In this document: one piece after another, positions 7,881 through 18,700 of the stretch
Numbering within the stretch: position 1 is the first letter of the stretch
Layout of the letters: every line of letters starts with the position of its first letter
Source: a virus
Strand: one strand, 5' to 3'
Length of the DNA: 64,000 bases
Virus record (IMG/VR): IMGVR_UViG_3300037140_000076
Span: 1 to 64,000 of that record
The notes under the pieces: model-generated
Database searches by the model: none
Told to the model about the DNA's origin: nothing
What the model saw: only the letters and a program-made list of their open reading frames with translations
Translations under genes and position numbers: made by a program

Positions 7881-10586
7881 ATGGCAATTAGTTCAGCATC
7901 AACCAGAGTTTTTAAGGCAGAAGATCCCGTATTGGACGTTGATCTTCAATTACTTGCAAAGGTAAATACATATCAGCAGGATAAATTTGATCAGGGTGAA
8001 AAATCACTTCAGGATGAGGTGAATAACTGGAGTATGCTTGCAAATGTGGCAAAACCCCAGGATAAACAATATATTAATCAAAAATTAAATAGTCTGGTAT
8101 CCGGGATCAAAAATCTTGGCGGTGTAAACCTGGCAGATCCTAATAATGTAAACACATTAAAAAGCCTGGGATACAATATGTATGGTGATGATAACGTAAT
8201 GAATCCAGTTATTACAACCCGGAAGATGAATCAGCTTTCTCAAGACATTGCTGCTAAAACAAACGGTAAAAATGCTAAGGATTATGATTCTGTTTATGGT
8301 GAATACTTACAGAATCAATACTCTGATTGGTTGAACGATGGTAAGCAAGGAACCTCCTTTAGTGGTCCAATCTCCCTTCCCCAAGGTTCCTTTGATGGTT
8401 ATACTAAAAAAATAACAGATGCTGTTTCTAAATTGAAACCCGATATGAATGAAGCTCCTCAAGATAGTAAGGATGCCGCTTTAAATTATTATCAAGTCGG
8501 GGATAAATTTATAAAGAAGGAGAGGGTTGAAGCTGCTATTGATGCTCTTACAAGTTCTCAAGATAGAGATGTTCTTTCAGCACATGCCTGGAAAAGTACA
8601 AGAGGATTAGCTGATTCTGATCTTATTCATTTACAATCTAGTGATTATGATAGTAAGATAAAAGATATGCAGGATAATATAAATACTTTGCAATATCAAA
8701 AGTCTTTAACAGGAGATTTTAAGCAGAAACAGTTATTCTCATCTCAAATAGATCAACTTAATGGTGCTATAAAGGACACAAATTCTAAAAAACAGGGATT
8801 ATTACAACAAGGTCCTAATTTAGATAAAGACAGTAGACAACAACTCTCTGAGAATTTATTTTATAATTCTTTTAAGAATCAATATTCTGCTGCAACCGCT
8901 TATGATCAGAAAAAAGTTGAGCTTAAAACAAATCAAGCTGCAATTTTTAATCAAAAAAGTGCTCAGGAAAATTATTGGCATGGTAAGGACTATGATCTTA
9001 AAGTGTTAGAGAATAAAAATACTTTGGATTTAAAAAAAGAGGAAGTAGATTTAAAAAAGAGAGAATTAGATATTAAAGAAGAATCGTTGTTTACAAGATT
9101 ATATGGTGCATCTAGTGGTGCATATGGTTCTCTTGGTGGTGGTCCTGCTCAAAATGCACCTCTTAGTCTTGTGCCTGTAAAAGGAAAAGACGATGCTATT
9201 AAATTAGATAATTCAACAATTGTTCAGGCCGATGCAAATTATACTGCCGCATCTAAGAATTTTTATGAACAAGGATATGATTATTTAATGAGTAAAGATC
9301 CTACTATATATGGAAATTATTTAAGTCAGGATGCTGATGGACATTGGGTTCCTAAAGATGAAAGGTCTGCTAACATTGTTAATAAAGGATTACAATCTTT
9401 TAATCAACTTTATGGCAATATTGCAAATATGTCTATAAAAGAGAGAGAAGGTTTAAAGTTTGATGATGATAGTAAAGAACTATTTCGTAAATCAAAAGAT
9501 TTAGAAGAAGCTGGTCTTTACAAAAGTCAGATTAAAGATATTACAGCAGATGTTTTTAGAAAAGCGGGAAAAGAAGATCCTGATACTAAAAACATAAATA
9601 TATCTTTTGGTAAGGGAAGTAAATTTGGTGATCATGTTACGTTAAGCTATTCTAAATTAAAAGAGATGATTGATAAAAAAGATCCTCTTTTAGATGAATG
9701 GAGAAAAAACGCTGATGTTGATATACCTTCGTTTCCTTCTGGATCAATGACTCCTGGATTTAACACACCTACAAAATATAATGGTGTATCAAGTGCTGTA
9801 AATACTGTAAGTGATTATTATGATGATTCTTCTATTAAAAAGGCATGGGATGAAGTAAGCAAAACCGTTAATCCATATGCAAGAGTAGTATCATTACCAA
9901 AACAAAAGAATGGGAAGCTTCCTGATCAACCAGCAAAGATTTTATCAGATGCAATTACAGATGCTGGAATTAAGGGAGATGTAAATATTGATGATATTGA
10001 TTTAAATAAAGTGTGGACTGTATATGATCCTCAGACATTACAGGCCAAGTATATGGCCCAAATAAGATATAAGAAAGCTCAGAAAGGAAAAGATACCAAA
10101 GTAGATAAAGGAGATAAATATACTACAGTAGATCTTACAAAGGATGTAAATGAGCAATATGAAAATGGTGGTGGATGGATTAGCAATCTTTATTCTCATG
10201 ATAACGCTTCTGTTGTTTATGGTCTTGCTTTGCAAAATCAAGGTAAGACCCCATTTGATCCTAAGACAAATTATGAAGGAGCACTTCAGACACATGGACA
10301 AGGACTTCTTACTCATAAATATCAAATAGTATCAGTTCAAGATCCAAAAACAAAAGGAACGGCTGGATATAAAGTATTCGTAGCTATCCCTCTGGGTAAA
10401 GATGATTCAGGAAGTCCTAAATTTCAAACTGTTCCTGTTCCTAACTTTTTAAGTGATGCTTCTGGTGCAACGACAACTTTCCCGGCTAATTTTGAAGGTG
10501 TTAGATCGTATATGGAATCGGCTTTTAAAGATAACAATTCTGTAAAAGACTTTTATACTAGGTTGGGTATACCCTTCAATCAATAA
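7881..10586 (+). CDS. Large internal virion/ejection protein
   Basis: 901 aa, helical and coiled-coil rich; first of three giant genes following the cargo genes. Confidence 0.55.
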   Translation: MAISSASTRVFKAEDPVLDVDLQLLAKVNTYQQDKFDQGEKSLQDEVNNWSMLANVAKPQDKQYINQKLNSLVSGIKNLGGVNLADPNNVNTLKSLGYNMYGDDNVMNPVITTRKMNQLSQDIAAKTNGKNAKDYDSVYGEYLQNQYSDWLNDGKQGTSFSGPISLPQGSFDGYTKKITDAVSKLKPDMNEAPQDSKDAALNYYQVGDKFIKKERVEAAIDALTSSQDRDVLSAHAWKSTRGLADSDLIHLQSSDYDSKIKDMQDNINTLQYQKSLTGDFKQKQLFSSQIDQLNGAIKDTNSKKQGLLQQGPNLDKDSRQQLSENLFYNSFKNQYSAATAYDQKKVELKTNQAAIFNQKSAQENYWHGKDYDLKVLENKNTLDLKKEEVDLKKRELDIKEESLFTRLYGASSGAYGSLGGGPAQNAPLSLVPVKGKDDAIKLDNSTIVQADANYTAASKNFYEQGYDYLMSKDPTIYGNYLSQDADGHWVPKDERSANIVNKGLQSFNQLYGNIANMSIKEREGLKFDDDSKELFRKSKDLEEAGLYKSQIKDITADVFRKAGKEDPDTKNINISFGKGSKFGDHVTLSYSKLKEMIDKKDPLLDEWRKNADVDIPSFPSGSMTPGFNTPTKYNGVSSAVNTVSDYYDDSSIKKAWDEVSKTVNPYARVVSLPKQKNGKLPDQPAKILSDAITDAGIKGDVNIDDIDLNKVWTVYDPQTLQAKYMAQIRYKKAQKGKDTKVDKGDKYTTVDLTKDVNEQYENGGGWISNLYSHDNASVVYGLALQNQGKTPFDPKTNYEGALQTHGQGLLTHKYQIVSVQDPKTKGTAGYKVFVAIPLGKDDSGSPKFQTVPVPNFLSDASGATTTFPANFEGVRSYMESAFKDNNSVKDFYTRLGIPFNQ

Positions 10587-10596
10587 AAATTATTAA

Positions 10597-13500
10597 ATGC
10601 CTGATTTCAATAAATATGCGGCAGAAGTTCCGAACGAAAGACCGGAACAAGTTACTGGGTTGTCTCAAATTGTATATCCTAAATACGATTATGTAAATAC
10701 ATTTCCCCCAACAGCCGATCTTAATACAGGTAATTCTCCAGAAGCTGGACAACAGAATACAAAAGGATTTTGGGAAGATGATTCAAAGAAATTGAATCAA
10801 ATGTTTGGGGGTATTCCAACCTCTCCTGGAGGAGTTACACCATATAATGAAGCAAAGAGATATAATAGTGATCAACTTGGCTTTTTACCTGATCGTGATA
10901 ATGAAGATATTTATTCTCAGAATCAAGGATTTTTTAACAGTGTTGGACATGGTCTTGGACGGCTTGTCGGACTTACAGCAACTAAAACAGGGACCGGTTT
11001 AGGGTTTCTTGCTGGTCTTGTAGGTGTTAGAAATGATTCTGAAAAATATGGTAGTGGATTTGGAGCATGGATTGCAGGTGCCGGGGATAACGGAATTTCT
11101 CAATGGTTTAAAAACCTGGAAGATGATAAGATAAAAACTGATTGGCTTCCTATTTATAAAAAAGCGTCCGAAAAAGATCATGGATTCTTTCGTCATGCTG
11201 CTGATTTAGATTTTTGGACTGACGATCTTACTGATGGGACAGCATTTATGTTGTCTTCATTCATCCCAGGTATGGGTATTGCTAAACTGAAGTTGGGGGC
11301 AAATGTTATTGAAGGGTTAAGTGCTCTACAAGGCATAGGACGTAGTGAGGAAGCGGCTGCTTTAGCCACAGAAGGGGTAAGTGGTACTGTTGCATCTAAA
11401 GCTTTGGAAACACAAGGTCTTGGTGCAGCTATTGAGAATCCAGAAACCGCTGGAACCATTCGTCCGGAAACAGGTGCCACATTCAAGATGAATGGAGGTG
11501 TTCCGGCTGGTGCCGATGCTATTCAACATATTCCAAGAGCTATAAAATGGATTAATAACGCAAGACTTGCTCGTAGTATAGATGTTGGTTCAACAAGTAT
11601 TATAAATACAGCATCTCAAGCAATGTATACGGCAAATGATGCTAAGAATAATACTTATGAAACTCTTATAAATAAAAAAGATGAAAACGGAAATAACAAA
11701 TATTCCGTTGAACAAGCAAAACAAACCGCAGCAAAAGTTGCAAAGGATAGTTATTTAATGAATCTTGGGGCTTTATCCCTGATGAATTTGTGGGAAGCTA
11801 ACTTTATATTTAAAAAACCATCTTTAGCGACTAGATTCGGGGCAAGTACTTTTGAAGCTAATGGTTTATTTGGTGAAGTTACTCTTGCTAATAAAACTTT
11901 TGGACAAAGAGCATATAATTCATTAAAGGAACCTGGTAAAGGTTTTCTTACTGCTGGAGTTTGGCTTGGTAATATGCAACTTGCAATTGATAGGCTTAAC
12001 AATAATCCAGATAATTTTAATTTGGATTTTGGTGATAAGTTAAAAGTACTTGGAAAGCAATACGTAAAGCAAACAGCAGATCTTGCTACAGGAAATGACC
12101 CTGAAGCGGCTAAGGCCCTGGGACTTGGTGGATTTATAGGAGCCGCAGCAGGTAAACTTCTTGGTCATACTGAAACTGATCAGGCTAAACAAAGTCTTTC
12201 AGAATTAAATAATAGAGTAAGTGCATTTAAAGAGATTGGAAATATTTATAAGACTGATGAAAACGGAAAAATTAATCTTGATAACGGAACTCCGGTCTTA
12301 GATGAAAGTAAAGTAAAGTCATGGGCTGCTTCTTTTAATAATATTCTTAATTTAAATCAAATTTCAAAGAGTTTTGAGAATCGTGGTATTAATGAAATGG
12401 CTAAGTTATACGGGGATGAAGTTTTTTCAAGATTTGCAAAAGCTCATTTTGATTCTGGTCTGGGAGATCTTCTTTATCAGAAATTAAAAGACGTAGGTAA
12501 TATAAGTAAAGATGATTTAGCTTTACTTGGTTTTGATCCTGACAGTAAAAATAAGGAAACAAGTCAAATTCTGGATACTTATACAAAGAAAGCTCAGAGT
12601 TTAGAAGCTTTATATGACAACATTCATAATAACTTTTCATCTAAAGATATTAATCCTAATACTAAGGAAGGGGCTAAGAAGTATTTTGATATGACGGATA
12701 AGATGTTTTACTTGTCTGCTCGTAGTCAATCTCTATCTGAAATTATAAAGTCTTCTAAGGATACATATGAAAAAGTAAAAGGCAACTCTGATACATATAA
12801 TGAGGCTTTTAATTCATTAACGGATGGAGTTGTTGATCAATATAATGAACTCTTTGAGAAAACATATTCTGCTGGTAAACAACCTTATGCTAATCGTGCA
12901 GAGCCTGTTCAAGAATATAATGCTGAAGGAGATTATACAAGATTAAGTCAAGTAGTTGATGAATCAAAAACTCAACTTGATGATTTTGTTAAGAATAATA
13001 AGGAAGTTTTAGAAAAGCTTAAAAAAGATTCTCGTGGCCGTTATATGTACGAGATTGCAAATAAGAATCTTTTACCTGCTGCTAAAGAAATGGAACGTCA
13101 GCAGATTGTTCAGGCTGAATCAACTCTTGCTAGAAACGCTACAATGAGTGTCCTTAGTAGACTTGCTGATCCTAAATTTGGAGTTAAATATTATGATCAG
13201 GTTTATTCTAAGGAAATGGAACGTCATGCTCAGGAAGCTGGAACGTATGATGATTTAACTAAAGAAGAACCCGTTGCCACAAAACAAACAAATGATTTTT
13301 ATTCAAATCCTAAATCAGATTTGACTAAATTAAAATCCGATGTTACTCCTGAAGAGATAACGGATGCATATAATCAAGTTATTAATGATAGTATAACTAC
13401 TGACAAAAAAAGAATAGCCGATTATATTGCAGAAAAAGTTTCAAAAGGACAGAAATTAACAGATCAGGAAGAAGTTATTCGTAAATCATTAGGTCAAGAG

Positions 13501-15795
13501 GTTGAAGACAACCTTCAAAAAAGAGCTAAAAAATCTGATTTAAATGAGTTGGGTAGCCAAATGGATGACTTGATTAGACAGCGTGATGCTTTGGAAGGTA
13601 AAGAAGATCGCAGTGCTGATGAAGAAACAGATCTTGAAAATTTAAATAATCAAATTGAGGCATTACAGGATCAACGGGATGCTAAGTTTGATGAAATGGA
13701 TGTTCAGGATAAAGTTGCAAGTAGTCCGAATATAAAACCGGAAGATCGTGAAAAATATAACGATGTTCTGAATAAAATAAATCGTGAAAAGAAAAGAGTC
13801 GTAAAATTTGATGATCGTTATCAGGTGGATGGTCAGGACTATAGAAAGGTTACCGATCTTATTGGGGATACTATTTCTGATGAACAACGTCAGGACCCCA
13901 GAACCCAGGCCGCTGTAAGTATAGGTAATACTATTGATAGTGTTACAAAGGCATATTTTGCCAATGGTTTAACCCAGGAATTTAAAGATTCTGTTTCTGA
14001 TAAAATGACTCCAGAGACATTTACTGGTATAGTTAAATCACTGGATAAACTTAAAGCCGATCTTGAAAGAAAAGGAATCAACATTGTATCAAGTAACGTT
14101 TTTGTTACCGATCCTACTTTAAAGGTTACTGGTGAAATTGATTTACTTGGTGTTGACAAAAACGGTAATTTCAAGATATATGAAATCCAGGCCAGAAGAG
14201 GGGACGTTTACAGACAATATGGTAAGAGGGGATTGGGGGTAAAACTTCGTGATATTGATGGAAAGAGGCTTAGTATGTACCGCAATATGTTTGCTAATCA
14301 GTACGGGTCTATCCCTGATGAGATTGCGGTTAAATTTCCATTCGAAGTAAAATATGACAAGACAAACCCTAACGGGTTTATCGAAAATGCCAAGATCAGA
14401 GAAGAGATTCGTTTTAATCCTCTTAAGAATGTTGAGATTAAAATGAAAAACGCGGAACCTTTGAGAATTGGTTCTAAATACAGCAGTGTAGACATGAACC
14501 GGATCTTTCTGGATACATTCTTACCTACAAAGGAAAGCGGTGATAAACTTAAGTTCCTTTTTAGAAACATATCATTAAAAGAGTTGACAAACGGAATTAA
14601 GTTGACTGTAAGGGAAGCATTACCTGAATTTCAGGCAAAATACGAGCTTCAGCGTAAGGCCCTGGCAAAGGAACCGGTTGATTTTAACGTTAGAAAGTTC
14701 AGAGATTACAAAAACAAAGATGAACAGGGTAATCCAAGAGAATTCCCTAATCTTTATAGCCTGGTAGGTAATGTGGAGATGGGGTTAACTTATGACGGTA
14801 CTCCGGCAGGTTATATGTCTCCAGTAGAGACTATGGCCTACAAGGATATTGACGGTAACTTTAAAATACTTGATGAAAACACAGATATTGATACATATTC
14901 TGAAGTTACAGGCAACGATAAGGAGAGCTACAACGAATTTAGGAGGATAGCAGCGGCCTATAAGAAATTACATACAGAATTGACCAATAGAATGAGGGAG
15001 TCTCCTAATCACGAGATAACGCTGTCAAACGATGAATTAAGAAAGTTGGTTGATTTGAAACCTTCTGTTGGAGAACTTGACCTGGTTAAAGGCAAAGATC
15101 AGAGACCTGATTTGAAGGACATTGCTTTCTCTGGTGTTAAAATCGGAGGAAAGTCTATACCGACTGTTGCAAATATTGACAACAATGACGCTGTTAAGAT
15201 TTTGATGGATAAGGGTAGAAAGAGTTCTGGTCTTCTTAAGAAATATCAGGAAGTTGATAGATGGGCCAATGCTCATATAAATGATTTGAAAGCAGCAATG
15301 TTTGATAAAAACGGAACTAAGGTTACAAGTAATGTTGCAATAGTAGAGTCCCCTTCCGGAGATTATAAAATTGTTTCATTAAAGGCTAAAGGAGATTTTA
15401 ATCCTGATAATCATGAAGATTTTGTTGATGGTTTGGGAAGTAAATTTACAGCAGCAACAACTAAGAATGTTTTCAAGAATGAAAACATAATGGTAGTTCC
15501 TAAACAAACCGATGAGGTAATAAATCTGGATTTAAAAGAACATCAGATTGTTTCTAAAGTTTATGAAACTGACGATATTGATACCCTGGAAAAATATGGA
15601 TTAAACCCATCCAAGATAACTCCAGAAACAACAGACACAAAGATTGATCAGTTTTTAACTGCCTTATCTGATAAGGATAGACAAACCCTTGATGATTTTA
15701 GTCTAAATACTAAGGAATCAATAAGAACGGATTTTGAACAGGGGGATTGGTCTTCAATAGACGATTACATTGATAATATAAAAAATTGTAAATAA
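10597..15795 (+). CDS. Giant internal virion protein with hydrophobic Gly/Ala-rich N-terminal region and degenerate PD-(D/E)XK domain
   Basis: 1732 aa; G/A-rich hydrophobic helices; coiled coil; KVTDLIG...GNTID...GEIDLLGVDKNGNFKIYEIQ nuclease-like motif. Confidence 0.6.
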   Translation: MPDFNKYAAEVPNERPEQVTGLSQIVYPKYDYVNTFPPTADLNTGNSPEAGQQNTKGFWEDDSKKLNQMFGGIPTSPGGVTPYNEAKRYNSDQLGFLPDRDNEDIYSQNQGFFNSVGHGLGRLVGLTATKTGTGLGFLAGLVGVRNDSEKYGSGFGAWIAGAGDNGISQWFKNLEDDKIKTDWLPIYKKASEKDHGFFRHAADLDFWTDDLTDGTAFMLSSFIPGMGIAKLKLGANVIEGLSALQGIGRSEEAAALATEGVSGTVASKALETQGLGAAIENPETAGTIRPETGATFKMNGGVPAGADAIQHIPRAIKWINNARLARSIDVGSTSIINTASQAMYTANDAKNNTYETLINKKDENGNNKYSVEQAKQTAAKVAKDSYLMNLGALSLMNLWEANFIFKKPSLATRFGASTFEANGLFGEVTLANKTFGQRAYNSLKEPGKGFLTAGVWLGNMQLAIDRLNNNPDNFNLDFGDKLKVLGKQYVKQTADLATGNDPEAAKALGLGGFIGAAAGKLLGHTETDQAKQSLSELNNRVSAFKEIGNIYKTDENGKINLDNGTPVLDESKVKSWAASFNNILNLNQISKSFENRGINEMAKLYGDEVFSRFAKAHFDSGLGDLLYQKLKDVGNISKDDLALLGFDPDSKNKETSQILDTYTKKAQSLEALYDNIHNNFSSKDINPNTKEGAKKYFDMTDKMFYLSARSQSLSEIIKSSKDTYEKVKGNSDTYNEAFNSLTDGVVDQYNELFEKTYSAGKQPYANRAEPVQEYNAEGDYTRLSQVVDESKTQLDDFVKNNKEVLEKLKKDSRGRYMYEIANKNLLPAAKEMERQQIVQAESTLARNATMSVLSRLADPKFGVKYYDQVYSKEMERHAQEAGTYDDLTKEEPVATKQTNDFYSNPKSDLTKLKSDVTPEEITDAYNQVINDSITTDKKRIADYIAEKVSKGQKLTDQEEVIRKSLGQEVEDNLQKRAKKSDLNELGSQMDDLIRQRDALEGKEDRSADEETDLENLNNQIEALQDQRDAKFDEMDVQDKVASSPNIKPEDREKYNDVLNKINREKKRVVKFDDRYQVDGQDYRKVTDLIGDTISDEQRQDPRTQAAVSIGNTIDSVTKAYFANGLTQEFKDSVSDKMTPETFTGIVKSLDKLKADLERKGINIVSSNVFVTDPTLKVTGEIDLLGVDKNGNFKIYEIQARRGDVYRQYGKRGLGVKLRDIDGKRLSMYRNMFANQYGSIPDEIAVKFPFEVKYDKTNPNGFIENAKIREEIRFNPLKNVEIKMKNAEPLRIGSKYSSVDMNRIFLDTFLPTKESGDKLKFLFRNISLKELTNGIKLTVREALPEFQAKYELQRKALAKEPVDFNVRKFRDYKNKDEQGNPREFPNLYSLVGNVEMGLTYDGTPAGYMSPVETMAYKDIDGNFKILDENTDIDTYSEVTGNDKESYNEFRRIAAAYKKLHTELTNRMRESPNHEITLSNDELRKLVDLKPSVGELDLVKGKDQRPDLKDIAFSGVKIGGKSIPTVANIDNNDAVKILMDKGRKSSGLLKKYQEVDRWANAHINDLKAAMFDKNGTKVTSNVAIVESPSGDYKIVSLKAKGDFNPDNHEDFVDGLGSKFTAATTKNVFKNENIMVVPKQTDEVINLDLKEHQIVSKVYETDDIDTLEKYGLNPSKITPETTDTKIDQFLTALSDKDRQTLDDFSLNTKESIRTDFEQGDWSSIDDYIDNIKNCK

Positions 15796-18700
15796 TGGCA
15801 GTAGCTTGTCCAAATAAGAACATGTCCGAATGGAAGGAATTAGCACAACGCTTTGGTGATAACATTGCAGAAAGTCTTTATTATAGAAATGAAGGAGAGA
15901 TTCCATCTGTTCAAGAGGCCCAGGCAATGCTGCGTGGAAGTAAGGTTGGTCAGTTTAAGGGGCTTGTTAGACATTTGCAAAATACTGTCTCTACTGATCC
16001 TATTGATTTAGTAAGCAATATGTCACGTATTGTTCAGAAGGTCGGATCGGATCTTTATGTCGTTAAGGGAAGCAAACTGAGCGAGAAGCCTACTGTTGGT
16101 GCTGAAATGGAAATTCATACACCAAACATTAAGTTCTTAAAATCAATTAATGAATCCGTTGGTCCATTGTTTAATCTTATAAAGGTTAACGAAAGTAGTA
16201 GCTCTGCCTCTTTGGGGAATGATGTTATTACTGATTTAAGAAATGGAGAATTTGACTCCCTTCAGGGGCTTACTTATAAAAATGATGCAACTGACGATCT
16301 TAAAAGAGATCAAATATTAAAAGATCTTTCTGAACAGGCTTTAAACAGTGATGAGGAAAGAAGAGGACTCGAATCTTCTATTGGTAAACCTATTGTTGAT
16401 AAAATTATCAAATATAATGAATCTTTAAAACCTGCTGAAGAAAAGACTGACGCTAAAAAAGTAGAGGATGCTATAAAAGCGAGTCCTGTTGTATTCAATA
16501 ATTTAACTGAGGACGATAAAGGGAATTATGTATTCTTTCATTATTCTAATGCTGATTTAACTAAATCAGGTATTGACCCAGAGAAGTTTGGAAAGAACAC
16601 TAATGTAACCGGAAGAGAAGAAGCTTCAAGAAGCATTCCTGCAAGCCTGTATTATACAGACTCTAAAGTAGCAGAGCCTGGGCTTGGTACATATAAGCAT
16701 GTAGTAAGGGTGCCAAAAAGCGAAGTGTATCCTTTTAACTCTGATCCATTGAATCTATATACTGAAGCTGAAAAGCGTTTTAAAGAACAGTATCCGGATA
16801 GACCATTTAACCCTAATGAACAAATTGGTTGGATAGGTAAAGTGGCTGCTGAGAAGGGATATAAAATGATTGTTGCGGAATGGGGAGGGTTAAAGAAGAA
16901 AGCATTAAGAGCAGAAAGTATCAATACATTAAAACCGGAGCTTATTGAAAAACCTTTAGGGGGTACATATGGTGCCAACGCTATAGAACCAATAGGTAAT
17001 GAAAAGTTTATTACAAATAGAAAAAGATATAAATCTGAAATAACAGATAAAAGCGCAACAACTGACGCAACCGTTTTAAACGATTATGCCCCTGGAACAT
17101 ATAAGGTTGAAATCAATCAGGATGTTCTGAATAATATTGCATCAAAGAACGCTGATCTTAAAAATAAAGATAACGTATCTGATCAGAAAGAGGCATTGGC
17201 TACTAATAATGATATTTTAAATAACAAGGCCCCTAAATACAGTAAAGCGTACGGGGATGCACAAGTTACTTCCGTAAATTATAATCTTATAAATAATTTG
17301 CAGAAGAAGTTCAATATTCCTTATGAAATAATAAATGACAATACTTCAGATTACAGAGGTAAGTTTGAAAATGGAAAAGTAACTATTAATGCAGCAAAGT
17401 TAAATGAATATACTGCTTTGCATGAATATCTTCATCCGTTTACAGCAGCAATGCAAAAAGATAACCCCGATCTCTATAATAACCTTATTCAGGACTTACA
17501 AAGCACAGAAGCTGGTAAGAAAGTAATTGAAGAAATAAAAACCAAATATCCAGAACTCGGTGCAAAAGATCAGTTAGACGAAGCTCTTGTAAGTCATCTT
17601 AGTCAAATTACTCAACAGGATCAAATAAAATCTAAACCTTGGTATAACCAATTAATGGATTGGTTTAGAGATTTATTTGGTAGAAATAACGTAAGTATAT
17701 CGGGCCTGGACATGAACATGACCCTGGACGATATTTCTAATAAAATTATTGATCCTACTTATAGTGCGGATTTAAAGCATTACGCTGCCTCTAATGATAT
17801 GGCTGCAAAGTATCAAAAAGATAATGATACACCAGAACATTCTGAGAACTTTAATCAGATTCTTGATAAGATTAAAAATAAGCTGGCTCTTGATGTAAAC
17901 GTTCCTGCAACTAGTAAAGAACAGGAAACTCGTAAATATTTCTCTGGTCGTCAGTTGGCAGATCTCCAGGCGAATAAAAATGTTTATAGGGCTGTTAATG
18001 ATTACGTAACAAGTGCTATTATAAACGCAAAGAAGATCAATGAAAGTTTTGATCAATTCAAAAACTTTTATGAAGAGAAAGGTGGAAAGCTTTCTAAGGA
18101 TGAAATGTTAAAAGGAATGAATATTCTTTCTGATATGGAACAGCATATCGCTCTTTATAATGAAAGTGGTTTTATTATAGACGCTATCAAAAAAGAAAAT
18201 GCTGAGGAATATGACGATAATTTCAGATTATTAAAAAATCGTTTGGATGGGGATACTTCAATTATTAATAATTATCATGAGTATGGTTTAAAACTTATGA
18301 GTGATTGGTTATATCCAACAATGAGAAAGACTATTGATGCTACTATCAAATCTGGTAACATTGAAAAGATGCCTGGGTATGCTGAATACCTGGCTGTAAA
18401 AGCAAAAAGCCCGAACATAGAAGAAGGTGATGCTATTGAACAAGGAGTAAAGACCTGGTTGAAAGGGCAGATGGAACATGCTACAAGTGATATTGGATTT
18501 TTCAATTCATATATGACCGGAGTTTTAAATTCTAAGGACCCTATTAGTCAACTTACTGCTCTTTCTTTAAAAGAAGAGTTTGCAAAAAACAATGCAAGAT
18601 TATTTAAAGTTAAAACCTCAATACAAAATGCAATTACGAAAGTTACTGGTAAAAAGATTTTTACAACTAATGAACAGCATAAAGAACTCTATAAGGGATT

